The notes under the pieces: model-generated
Database searches by the model: none
What the model was told of the DNA's origin: nothing
Seen by the model: the letters and a program-made list of their open reading frames with translations, nothing else
Assembly: GCA_964187785.1 (NCBI GenBank)
Contig: OZ076413.1
Span: forward strand, 47,184,001-47,248,000
DNA: 64,000 nt
Direction: 5' to 3'
DNA from: Amphiscolops sp. MND2022
Taxonomy: Eukaryota
Shown here: positions 21,411 through 34,000 of the stretch, in pieces
Layout of the letters: every line of letters begins with the position of its first letter
How positions within the stretch are numbered: position 1 is the first letter of the stretch
Made by a program: the position numbers and the translations under genes

Positions 21411-21667
21411 ATACCTATAATTCCACCCCCTCGCATCCTGGAACCGCTTGTATAACACCTTAACAACTAAATGACCTCACTCTGCTATCCATTGGTCGCA
21501 TGGACGTCATATTATAGAAAAGCGCTTTGTTGAAGCATCCGTGGCGCCTCGGTGATTTTGAAATTATGAAAATGAATTTTCGAGTGTGAAGCAATTAGAT
21601 AGTTCGTTTTCTACGTATGGATCAAAGCCATACATAAACTAGTTTTTTCCTAATATTACAGGTCTGA

Positions 21668-24600
21668 ATGTCATCTCGGAGATTTTTCTCTCGCAATGAT
21701 GACCACAGGGCTCCAAGATCACGAGGTGTTTTCAGTACTAACCAACAGAACAGGCATTTATCCAACGGTCGGAATTATGGCCGCAATCGCAATGACAATT
21801 CCCAACCTGCCAGCAATATATACTCAAACGGTCCCAATCTCGGATCCAATTGGAACAAACCCAACCACGCCAATGTGAACAATGCCCCCTCTGGGTCATC
21901 TGCCTCTTCCGGGGATCTATTGCCCCTGAATGAACTGCCAGCTAAGGAGAAGCTTTTGGTTCCAGAGATTTTGGATCAAGAGGAATCAAAAGTAGTTGAG
22001 AAGACTATTGATGCTTTCAAGTCAAGGGGACACTTTGATGAATTTAGAAAAGACATTTTGGATGCATTTGAAAGACTTGTTAGTCAATTTTCGATGTCAC
22101 ATTTCATATTGAGAATGTTTCAATGACCGGTTTAATCCGTTGTTTCAGCCTAATTATCGAAACCTGAAATACAAAGTGATGTCTTGTGTATCGAAGTTTA
22201 CCGCCAGACAAGGACCTTTTCACATGGGTCTCAAAAAGAATCTTATGAGAGACAGACTTCGGGATGAGTTGATGAAAGAGTTAGTTTTCCATTGTTACTT
22301 CATGCCAATTTTCTCTTGAAAACTAGGTTAAGGTATTTGTGTTGATATAGAATTGCAATCCAGGAGTATTAAGCCCTGTTAAATGATTCAATCTCAGCCT
22401 TCTTAATTTGTAGAATGAACATGGCACATACTGAGATCAACAGTTGTAAGAAGCGAACCTTACTAAGAATAAACTAATGTCAAAAAGAGAACCTTTCTTA
22501 ATGACTTGTCTTTTCCTTGAATTTGAAGTTTCTGATGATAACACAATTTACTTGTCAAAAGAGTCAAGTCACTGAATTTTCTTATAGCTCCAATGGTTTT
22601 TCGAACTGGATCAACGACCTTGTAGACGAACTTATTGGTGCCAATATCGAGCGTAAGATACGATCAGTAGTGCAAACAACTTTGGAAGATTTCATTCCTG
22701 ACGAGGAACCCCCTGGAGTGGCCCTCAATTTTCAGTTCGATCAGCAGATACTTGTGCCCAATAGGTTGCTACAGTTCAATTCAGGGTAAAATTCAACGGC
22801 TGTAATTCGAGCAGCTATTTTTCAAAACTTGAAGGGTTTAATTTAAATCGACTGATGGATGTTTTGTTCATTAAAAGTTACGAGACTGGACTGATATGGA
22901 CAAACATTAGAAACATATCAACAAATGTTCTAAACATTTATTTTGTCATTGTTCAGGCAATATTTTATTCCATGAAATTTGTATGAAATCATTGATACGC
23001 ATAAAAGCAATCGATCAAGTCAATTTCGGAAATTTTTAAAATGAAATAAGAATGAACTCATCAGGCACAAGATTCCAGAGTGTTTTATGGATTCCATAAC
23101 TTGATAGCACAAATCGAAGCTCAAAAAATTGCCTTTATTCCGTATGCGGTTTCCTCCAAGACCATTGGTCATAACTCAAGCCGGTTTTCAGTTTCTAAAA
23201 GCGGACTTCACAAACCTTTCAGATGAATAAGCAAGCCGGGAACGGCCCTCGTCAGCGCCCCGCTCAAGGTTCACAAAAAGCATTTTTGAAATTTGCAGAG
23301 ACATTTTGAAAAAGTTTTCAAATTTACAGTTCTGGAAGATACCCAAAGGGACACCCCATGAGATTAAAAAAACGCTTCTCCCCAACTACAAACATCAAAA
23401 ATCGGAAGTTTTTCAAAAACATTTTTTGAATTTTTCTATTCGGAAAAAAGTCTGTGTCGAAAAGGGAGCTTTAGGCTCGCCAAACATTTTTTGAATTTTT
23501 CTATTCGGAAAAAAGTCTGTGTCGAAAAGGGAGCTTTAGGCTCGCCAAACATTTTTTTCAGGCCGATAACATTTATAAAAGTAAACGGGTACCATTTGAC
23601 CAAATGAAAATTTTCACGAAAAGTCGCAAAACGCTTTTTTTCCGCTGAAAATTAAAAGGGCTTCGAGTTAAAAACTTTTGGGAAAAACTCGCAGAGTGCA
23701 GTAAAAAATTCTCCCTACTTTTGCAAGCATAAAAATTTTTGGTTTAGTGCGAGACTAGAACCCACATACTCCTGCTTCTCGGACCTCCTCTCAGAAAATT
23801 AGAGTTACCCTTTATTCCAAGTGGTAATTTATAATTCACTGGTAACTATTGGATTTCTTTTCAAAGTCTTAATAAAGAACTGTAGCAACCTCACTTTTCA
23901 AGCACTGCAAATGCCAATGACGTCAGTGGTAGACCAGAAAGACTACCAACTCCTCCGCCCTTAGTGAAGCATTATTCCGAAGAACTAGCTTTAGCCAAAC
24001 TGGACAGCGATAGACTGGAAGCTCTCAGAAAATCTGAAGGTTACTGGTCTCCATTTTTTGCCGTAAATTTGTTCGTTCACTAAAATAGCACTACTGCTTG
24101 TTCTCTTTTAGCAAAAGGCCGGCTGAATTTACAAAAGGCCGGCAATAAGTGATCGTGTGTTGAAAGTCTCAAGTTTGAATAGTCTTACGTGGAAAACGTT
24201 CTTCCTAGCTTTAAAATTTAAGTTTTGAGAAATCTACCTCGATATTTATTCATTTATTTAACCTTTTATTGCAAATCTTTATAGCTTGGGAATGTTCTCA
24301 GCAGGTATTATACAAAAAAATATCACACTGCCACTGCGGATCTTGTTTTCGTTTTCCGCAATCTTGATAACAAGTGATTTCAATTCAAAAGAATGGCAAA
24401 TGAAGTGAATGTTTAGAAATGGCCGGCAACAATGGTGCTGATACGAAGCAAGATTCCGATTTGGATGACGCTGGGTCTCCGGTGGCGCCTCGATTGATCG
24501 AAGAGGAGGATGAAGATGCGAGTGATTCTGGTCGACCTAAGTCGGGGGGCCAAACAGCTCCACAACTTCTCTTCAACCAGCTTGCTCATTTCTCCAGTTG

Positions 24601-27600
24601 GTTCTCAGACGCTTGTGTTTGGGATAAATGTTTATCGAGAAGACTTGTGAAAATTGATTTGATTATGTATGGATTTCATTGAACTGTTTCTGTGATCAGT
24701 TAAAATATATTTTAAAGTAGCAAAGTAGTCCGCAAAATATTTTATTCATTTTACTGGTTGCTTCTACTTAATTATTACTTTCACAGCTGCAATTTCTTCT
24801 TTATTTTTGTTGGGGTCAGTAAATGTCAACGCAATTTTTGACTAACCGAAGATTCTAAGAGTTGGGAGTGCTTTTATGCCCATCTCGATATTACACCTAC
24901 GTTTACATCCAGGAGCTTGCCATCCAATGGTCATTGACGTACTATTCTATTCAAAGGTGAAACGTCGCCTCAACCTGGACACACTTATCGTGTTCAGGTG
25001 AATCTAATTTTGAATTTGATCATTTAAGTGTACCCCGAAGACGCGCCACCCGAGTTGCGAGAAGCTCTGATGGCTAATCCCAACGTCTCTTCTGCTCCCG
25101 AGCCCACTAGTGGTGCCGATGCTCGTCATCGCTCATCAGTGATGGTGGACGAGTCGCCCACTGGAGTTGAAGACATCATATCCCCCGAGATGATGGACAT
25201 AGAGGATGGCGACTCCCCCGGACCTATCCATCAAAATGAAACTTGGTCAGTCACATGCACATATGCTTCTTAGTTGCTGATATTTTTGCGTAATATGTGG
25301 ATTGTTAGTAAAATGGTATACGGTAGTGTTTTTCCGACTGCAATATCTTAACAAACATTCAGTTCTTCTTGAAGAAAGCTAGCGATTATTTCTTACCTAT
25401 AATCATTTGCTGAGGTTAAATTTAACAGGTCGTTTTTTCCATTCTAAGGCAAATCTTCATTCTCTTCTGTTCCAGTAACAAAGATTTAGGTTTGCTCTTT
25501 TGCGAGTTTCAATAATTGGATTTGTTCTGAGAAATTTGTCGGAATGAAAGGTTTACTCATGGAAGCTTTTCTAACAGATGCCCAATTATTTTACTCGTTT
25601 TGTGTGGGTTCCAAACGCAAAATTTTCCCGAATATAACAAATTTTCCCGAATATAACAAATTTTCCCGAATATAACAAAGTTTTGGAAAGATTCAAATTT
25701 CATTAAACCCGAATTAGATTTCCCGAATATAACAAAATTTTCCCGAATATAACAAAAAGTGGTGGAAAGATTTTAAATTTCATTAAACCCCTGCTTTTTG
25801 TCACATGAATTTCTCAATACTTATGATTAGCGTGAATTTCTTTTAACGTAGTACACTGCTTTGTTTTAAAACCAAGTTGATTTTGTTTTTAATAACAAAG
25901 GTATAATTCAGCGTTTCTATTCTATTTGAATAAGCTTGTTGTATTTCGGAAAAAGCCGACTAATTTTTGCAGTTTCTCTTTTAAGGTCGACAGAGGAAAC
26001 AAGTACGGCTGAAGAACCTTTCCTTGCAACTAGTGCGGGAAGTAACTCGGACAACAGCCACACAGAGCCAGGCGCCACCAGCAGTGTGTTGAATGAAGAC
26101 CCCTCTGACCCCAACTCTGTCATGACGTCATACCAAGGCGGCGCCAATTCTGCTTCTTCACCAATCACGGCAGTGGCCGCTGCCAGGTCAACTTTGGGGT
26201 CATTGTTAATGGAGAAGAAGCGACTCAAAACGGAAAAGATTATCCTGCCTGCTCCCAAGGCTTCCAACTCTGACATGGAATCCGTTAGTTCATTGCAGTT
26301 ATAAGTGCAGTTCATAAGTCGAATATACTACAGCCGAAAGAGCTTTTACTGAAATGTTGATGGGTAATCATCTAAATTTCCTGCCTAAGATAATATCCGG
26401 GAATTTTAGGACGGCGAGGTAACTATCATTTACAGTATCATATCTTTTGTTTTGTTCAATGAATATACTGTTTTCTATCAACTCTCTCGTTTGAGACGCT
26501 GAAACTGGAAATGACTGAAAAATGTGGAAAACGTTTCCAAATTAGCCTGTTTTATTCCTAGATATCATCAGAAAGCGACTTCGATTCAACCAGCAGTAGC
26601 AGCGACGAACAAACAGTGCCATCTATTGGCGGCTCTCCTGCTAAATCGAGTCCAAATAAAATCCAGAGTAAAGCATCCTCTGTCAGAAGGCACAGTTCCA
26701 GTTCTGATGACGTGCCAATCGGAGCAGTTCCCAGCGAGACTCTTCCTGCTGTGAGTCGGGTCAACACGACTTCAACACACGTGACTAGGTCAGGAAGAAT
26801 GGGAAAACAACCCAGAAGGTATTCTCCCGATTCGGCTGAAAACTTTCGATCACCGAGTTCTTCAGCTAATCGTCATGAACACATCAAGAAACAATCCAAA
26901 TCAACGCCAAAGCGGTTTTACCCCGGGAATTCTCCGTCGATGCTGTTGAAACCTAAGCGCGACAGAACTCCCACTCAATCTGTTGACATTTCCGCGGAAA
27001 GGCGGAAAACCAGGCCTGTTTCGTCTCCAGAGCCAAAACCTGCAAGTGAGTTTTCAAAAGGAAAGATTCAACCAATAGCCTACCATTCGTGTGTTAAGGT
27101 ATTTGAATAAAATCCGTTCATTTAAAAGATTCTCTGGATATAAAGATTCTGTAGCTTTGTTGGTTTTGGTGTTGATTTGATATTCCTGAAAAATGTGGAC
27201 AAAAAGACAAGAGTATACATGTCTTTCCAAAACGTTCAGTGATTTTCGGAGAACCAATGTTTGATTTCTTTTAAGATACCTCAGCCCGCAGTGCAATACA
27301 GAAAGTCAAGAAGGAAGTTCGTGACAAAAGAAGCCCAATGCCAAAGGTTCATCTTTCCAGTCGTACCTACAGAGATCCCAAATCACAAGACGGATACTCG
27401 AGTCAAGACTCAGGTCGCCACTCTTCATCTTATCGCAGTAATGATAAATCCAGTAGCAAACGAGAGCGCAGTAAAGCACGATCGCCAATGGAGGTGAATT
27501 TGGAAAGTAGTGCAAAGAGTCCTAAATTTTCAACCAACAATGAAACAACTTTGGACCAAGATATGCCTGATTTAGTTAGGCCCGAAACTGCCCTTGACAA

Positions 27601-30600
27601 TTCAAACTCATCAAGCATTAACACCACAACTTCCAATAATACAAGTACATCAGAATCGGAAATGAGGAATGTTTCAGAGGAAAGACATTCGAGGAAAACG
27701 TCCGAGAGCATCTCAATTTCGCATCTTTCCGGAGAAAAAATGATTGAAAAATCTATCAAGAAGGAAGACAAAGAAAACGATCTTAAATTTGAAGCAACGG
27801 AATACAAAGAAAATTCAGACACGTCTAAATCAGCCGCTAAAGATTTCTATATAGATACTAAAACTAGTAAGATGTCATCTGAAGCCAAGCCTAGAGACTT
27901 GAACGAAGCAAAAGAAAAGGTTTTAGATAACGTTGAACCAAAAGAGACACGGAAGAAAGAGATAGTTGAGAAGAAGCCTAAAAGTGTCGAGGATGACGTG
28001 GAAGAAGGAGAGATAACTGATTCTGATTCCTCATCAGGCAAACCACCTTCGCCTGAACCAGTGAAGAAACCCAGAATTGAATCTCCGCGACCTCGGCAGC
28101 AGACTGTTCTAAAAGAAGTGAGACTTTCGTCATTAGTTGAAGCCCCTGAAGTTGAACGACCCCCTGCACCTCCATCTCCTCCGCCACTGAAACGAATGAG
28201 GAAGAAACATAAAGCCTCTTCGAAAAAATGGTCAGAATCATCTTCATCTGAAGACAGTGATGACAGTCTCATAGAACGGTTGAATAAGAAAGACAAAGCC
28301 AACAGGCAGCGAATGGAGTCGTCTGTTATTGATGTGTCTCTTGTAGACCGAATGAGAACACAGAAACTTCGAAGTACTGATACTATGCGAAGAGAAGAAA
28401 TCTCTGTCAAAAATACACGCAGGCCACTCGAGTCTAGTCAGATGCCCCAAGGTCAAATTATGGCGGACAGTCACGCAATGAAAGTTGGACGCGTTGTGAA
28501 GAACAAAGATTCTTGGGTTAGTTATCGCTGTTTTCAAAAATCCTTATTTTGTCAAGTATTTGGTATAGTAATCTTTTGCAGAACAATACTTTTCAAAACG
28601 ACAATAGACGTTTTTTGGGAAGTTCATCTAATTGTTGTTTTGTATTCAGTTATATAGATGACCCCTTTTCTAGACTGTGTTCACGCCATGTTCATGAATG
28701 GTAGACAGTAGATGTTTTTATAAATGTTTTTATACAGTTAGAAAAAGAGCGTCACCAAAATAGTCTTCATCACCGGGGAAGATATGGAAGGGAAGAATAT
28801 GCGAGTCGTGGATACAGGTATAGACGATATGGGCGTCGTAGTCCAAATCGTAGATCTAGATCCAAGTCGTTGGATCGGAAAAGCCGAAGTCGAGGACCCT
28901 ATCAAGAAATAGGAATATCGACTTATCAGTGTAAAAGTAATCATCGAAAGGCTGTTTCACCCAGTGTTGCTATTGTGAAAGCTTCTCGTTCGGTCTATGA
29001 AAAGAGTAGATGTGAATCCACTGAAAAGCCTTCATCTTCGTCTGCTTTGGCCCCATCTGCGATTTGTTCCACAAGCACCTGTTTTAGCGTGAGTTCATCT
29101 GTGAAACACCTGACCCGTGACTCAGCTATGAGTCATTTCATCCTGAACTATTTCGACATGACCCATTGCAGCTCAACGTTCTTAATCAACTTATTGTTAT
29201 TTCAGTTCGACAAAGTTGAACCTTTTAAATTCTGTGGATCAATTTTTTCCAACAAATCAAGTTGTGATTAGTTGAAATAGCTGCACTCTAAAATGGCATG
29301 TGCTTAAAAGTTGAGGAAGAAGAAGCGTTTTAATCTTGACGTTCTCAATCTTTTCTGCTTTCTTTCTATCAACCCAGTTAATCATCTCATTTTTTGATTG
29401 TATCGCAATTTTTCATTCCCACATTCCGCGTAGAGGAAGTTTTTGATGGCTGTATAGTGTGCATTAATCCAGCAAGATTTTGAAAAGGTTACCTTCATTA
29501 GTTCTTGTACATGATCAAACCAGCTCTGCTCAAAAGTCTTTGTTTTCTACTCTTTCTTACTTGAATGGTTTCCAGAATTTTAATTTCTATCCAAGTGTTT
29601 TAGTCGACGCATTTTGTACGATCTCTTTTGATGATTATTTTACGCCCATACCTCGTAGCCGTCTTTTTCTCCAAATTTTGCCGTGCTTCAATTTTTTACG
29701 CAAAAATAGAGTTTTTACACAGATTTTGATTGGACTCTTTTGGAAAAAGGTTTAAAATTGAAAAGTGCCAAAATGTTTTAAATGTTTTCAAAAATACTCG
29801 AATTTTCTCTGCAAATTTTGAAAATTGCTTGGCATGAGTTTATTCCGATGCTCAGTGGATATTTTAAATATTTTTCCTTCAATTACAGATCTCTATGAGT
29901 CCAAAGGTTCCCGCTTCAAATTTCTCCGTGCTTACATTTGGTGAAAACTTTTTCTGAGCCCGAAGGCTTCCCTTTGGGGGATATTTTCAGCACCCTGATG
30001 TTTTCCAGCTTTTTTGAACGCCATCCCCGAAAGATTATTTGAAAGACTGCTTTCTGAGTCTTGAATTCTGGTTCTTTTGCATATTCAAGTTAACTAGTTT
30101 GTTCATCAGCAATCTGTGTAGCATTCTTCATGTATTCTAATGAAATTGATTGTCTTTCCAGCGCGCACTTTCGCCTGAGTTCCACCAGAAAGGAGGAGAG
30201 TTATCACCACCCCCATTTGTGGATGACAAAAACAGGAAACGGCCTCGAATGGAACCCGTGACCGAACATATCCCCCGCGAAGAGGCTTACACCAAGTTTC
30301 GACATGCCTCTCTCAAATCTGGGTCTCTAGGCAGTAGCATCAAGCGAGTTCCGAGTCCTCCTCCTCCCATCGCGGCTTCTGGTGACAATTCTTCAGACAG
30401 TGACTCAAACGCAAGCTCCACGTCGGAAAACAGTTCTGCTTCGTCATCTTCTAGTGCTGATGAACGCGATGGAAGCATCTACGTTTCGGCTTCTGATCGG
30501 AAACGTGAAAAATTGAGAGGGTATTCTTTAGCACATAGCGGCCGGAAATTTGATGAAAGTGGAACGTCGGTCTATTCAAAACACCACAAGAAACGATTTA

Positions 30601-30782
30601 AAAGACCCGATGGGTCTCTGTCGTCTAGGCAAAACGAGTCTCGTTCTATGGTGCGAAGCTCATCCAAACAACCAACAAACAGTACCGAAGATGAGGAGTA
30701 CGACGATGATAAAAAGTCAGCTGACATTTCTAGCGATGAGATTCTAGTCAGTACAAGTCACATTTCTCCCCGAGGAAGGTGA
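21668..30782 (+). CDS. BOD1L1: BOD1/BOD1L1-like protein (COMPASS Shg1-type N-terminal domain plus long S/K/E/R-rich disordered region), about 1393 aa, 11 exons
   Basis: FKSRGHFDEFRKDILD/PNYRNLKYKV...KNLMRDRLRDEL matches the BOD1 domain. Phase-consistent GT-AG exons: 21668-22078, 22149-22279, 22588-22764, 23903-24039, 24417-24530 (donor tentative), 25029-25245, 25986-26283, 26562-27045, 27276-28516, 28738-29088, 30162-30782. AATAAA at 30876. Confidence 0.85.
23230..23785 (-). mobile_element. Degenerate HINE-like element in BOD1L intron 3
   Basis: Same end structure (GCCGGGAACGGC stem-loop plus GTCAGCGCC) and the same GGTTTAGTGCG...GAACCCAC block as 21056-21410; internal tandem duplication of about 64 bp at about 23420-23550. 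Confidence 0.55.
25619..25790. repeat. 19-bp minisatellite (AAATTTTCCCGAATATAAC) inside a larger duplicated block, intronic
   Basis: Three units, then two more, each group followed by GGAAAGATT...AAATTTCATTAAACCC. Confidence 0.85.
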
Positions 30783-30875
30783 AGTTATTTGCTGACTTTT
30801 TGGCATCCATGACCTTCATTCAAGTTGGATATCTGGATGTCACGTGATAGCCAACCTTTTGTTTCAAACATCCTG

Positions 30876-30881
30876 AATAAA
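30876..30881 (+). terminator. Polyadenylation signal of BOD1L-like gene
   Basis: AATAAA 94 nt after the stop codon. Confidence 0.6.
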
Positions 30882-31074
30882 CGCTATATTTGAATTCTAT
30901 TCCTTGATATTTGTAAAACGCGGAGTAAATTTTCTTAATCTATTTATCTTGCTAATATTGAAGAGTTAGTTCTTTAGATTTTACTTCTGTCAATTGAGGC
31001 ATAAAAATCAGTCTGACGTTTCGTTTCTGTGGTGAGAGCACCAAGTTAATACAACCAAAGTTGCATTGCTAAAT

Positions 31075-34000
31075 ATGAAGCAAAGATGGACGGAAGAGAG
31101 ACTTAGTCTCAAAGACATGTTGTACGCCCCTTTGAAATTTCCTGCTCTCTTCAGGCCCATAATGAGATATTATGCACAACAGACTCTCAAGGGCTTCGAC
31201 AGCTACAAATACAGGGCCCTCGATACCAGTCCACTGTCTGTCTACGTTATGCACCCATATTGGGTCTGGGTCGTGCAGTTTTACCCGAGGTAACCCACCA
31301 GTGATGTCCAGATATAGTAGTAATCAATCATTGGGCTTTTGTTCTATTCTAAGAAACTGTTTTTAAGTCAACTTTTTTTCTGGGGTACTTTTCATATTTC
31401 ATAGTAACACTTTTTTTCACAACAGTTCAAATCTCTTGACAAATACATAGGCTACAAACCATTTTTTGTTGAATTCCGTGCGAAAACCCTTATTTTTAAT
31501 GAAAAATTGGAAGATGGCGAAAATTTTGGAAAAACCATCGAAATGAAGGCGGAAAATAACTTTTTCCCCTGATAAATTCTAATGATTGCTAATTTTTGAA
31601 GGTATTTGAATACTTTTAAAGTTAAACTGGGCATCATTACAGGTGGCTCGCTCCCAATTTGTTGACCTTTTTGGGCTTTCTCCTAGTTTCGTTCAATTTT
31701 CTGTTGACCTGTCACTTCGACTGGTACTTTTACGCTAGCTCACCCACGCACAAAGAAGTGGCACCTATCCCGCAATGGGTTTGGTTTGTGATGTTCGTGT
31801 GTCACTTCGCATCACACACTCTAGATGGCACAGATGGAAAACAAGCTAAACGTACCAAAAGCTCATCTCCTCTAGGTAAGTTGAATGGGTTTGTAAAAAC
31901 AATTGGTTTATTGAATGGAACCTTGGATCTATCTTGAATTATTATAATCAAAATTGTTGGTGATTTATAAGGACAAGAAACAAACAATTTTGATTATAAT
32001 AATTCAAGATAGATCCAAGGTTCCAATATATTGTAATCAAAACTGTTGCCAATAAATAATGAAGTAAGAGGTGACGAAGAGAGTAGCAACATTTGAAGGG
32101 ATCCGATAAGACATTTATTAGTTGTCAACCTATAGGGATTCTCTAAGATTAATTTACTTGATTAATTTCGACTCACTTCGATATAGTACCTTTTAATGCC
32201 TTGGCGTCGTGGTTTCTAAACGCAACAAAAACATTGGAATTCAGAAAAAAAGCTGTAAGCTGATCGCAGTGAAATGTCTTTTCAATTTCGATATTCCAAT
32301 AGTTTCGTTTTTCCATTCCATCTCAGCTTTGGTAAAACCGCCTTTTTCGAGCTGTTCAGTTCTCGGGCCAACCGTTAGCATAACCTCATGGGACTTTATT
32401 GTGAATGAAAAAAAACAAGGGAAAAGATTGTCCTAAAAGAGTGAAAACCCAAGGATTTCAATTGAACGGTATCTATGTCTTTCGTACTGAATCATGAAGG
32501 AAGGGGTGCAGTTGTCTATGCGATATGTTTTTAAAGGGATTGCTGTACAGAGACGAATTATCTAGGATCGAAAGAAGTGAAAATTTCATTCATATACCAA
32601 TGCTATAGTGCCATGTAAAATTCGATCCTGAATAATTCGACTCCGGAGAGGCAACTCTTTTTCAATGAAACGAGCTGCCGAAATGGTGAATATCTACACT
32701 GTTAGTTTGATTGTTCATTTGTTCGTAAATGGTACAAAAATAAGACCCCATTACAAAATATCCGTTATCCTGGAGATGAAGCAGTTTGAAGATTTTGTTT
32801 TTGAAAATGATTGTTTTTTGCCGTTGTTTTGAAAGTGAAAGTTTTGAAAATTTTCGTGTCCATGTTTCAATTTCCATCGTTCCAAGTTTTGATGACGTGT
32901 TTGATAATTTGAAGCATTGATTTTTAGGGGAACTATTCGACCATGGAGTGGATAGTTTATCGACGGTGTTCATGCCAGTGGCCCTTTTCTCCATATTTGG
33001 AAGGTCACACGAGTTCGGTGGCAACGCCATGGACATGCATTTTGTCACCTGGTGCATATTCCTCACTTTCGCATTCTCACACTGGGAGAAATACAACACA
33101 CAAGTTAGTTGTCCCCTAATTTCGTTGCCATACATGTGCCTATTACAACAGTGACGACAGTGTGCAATATTTCCATGCAACTTATGCTGAACATTAGGTT
33201 CGAAATCAGAGTTCTGAAGCCACTAATCAGCGGTTTGACGAGTTAGGAGCAGCGCTGAAATTTTCCAGTGATTTGATTAGCGGTCCGTATAAGCGGCAAC
33301 AAAATGTCAAAACATGCAAAATTCCTCCGAGTTCCTTACTGTATTTCAGAAAAAATTCCACTTGTTTACCTACAATCCATGAAGTATGAAAAATTTCAGA
33401 CTTATTTTTGAAATGCATTTGAAGATGCATATTCAACAGTGTGAAAAGAGATTCTCACCGAATTAGCCATTTTGAAATTAGCAGTTTCGATGTAATCCGG
33501 TTTTGTTTTTCTATTTTTTTACTTTTGCACGACCAATTAAAATGTTTTGGTGTGAATAATTTTTTCATAATTTTTTCAGTAGTATTGGAGACTTAAAAAG
33601 TTTTGGATCAAGGGTACATTTTTGACTACGCGTGGAGTCCCTCTTATTTGGATCCCCAGAGTATAAAATTAGGAGTTGGGATATGGTTTCCATCGACTGA
33701 GTTAACTGCCATTTATTCCAAAGATAGCTTCAAGTGGCAAAAATATCCCGCTATTTCAACTATATTGTCTTTTTAGGAGCTTTATCTTCCTTGGAGCTAT
33801 GACATCGCCCTTCTGGGCATAGCCCTAGTGTACCTTCTAACCGGTATGTTTGGAGTGGAAATGTGGAGGTGGCACCTATTCGGCAATCACTCAGTGTGCA
33901 GTGTCATGATCAGGGGGGTGTACATAGCCAACTTCGCATTCTCTCTTCCTGTGTCAGTGTACAACATCTACTCCAAGTATTCGCCAGTGAACCAACTCAA

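Noticed and set aside
24957..24997. Possible extra BOD1L micro-exon (AG...CAG/GTGAAT)
   Set aside because: Its phase-0 donor does not fit the phase-1 acceptor at 25029, and the intron would be only about 31 nt.
25917..28537. Minus-strand ORFs overlapping BOD1L exons
   Set aside because: Antisense shadows of low-complexity coding exons.
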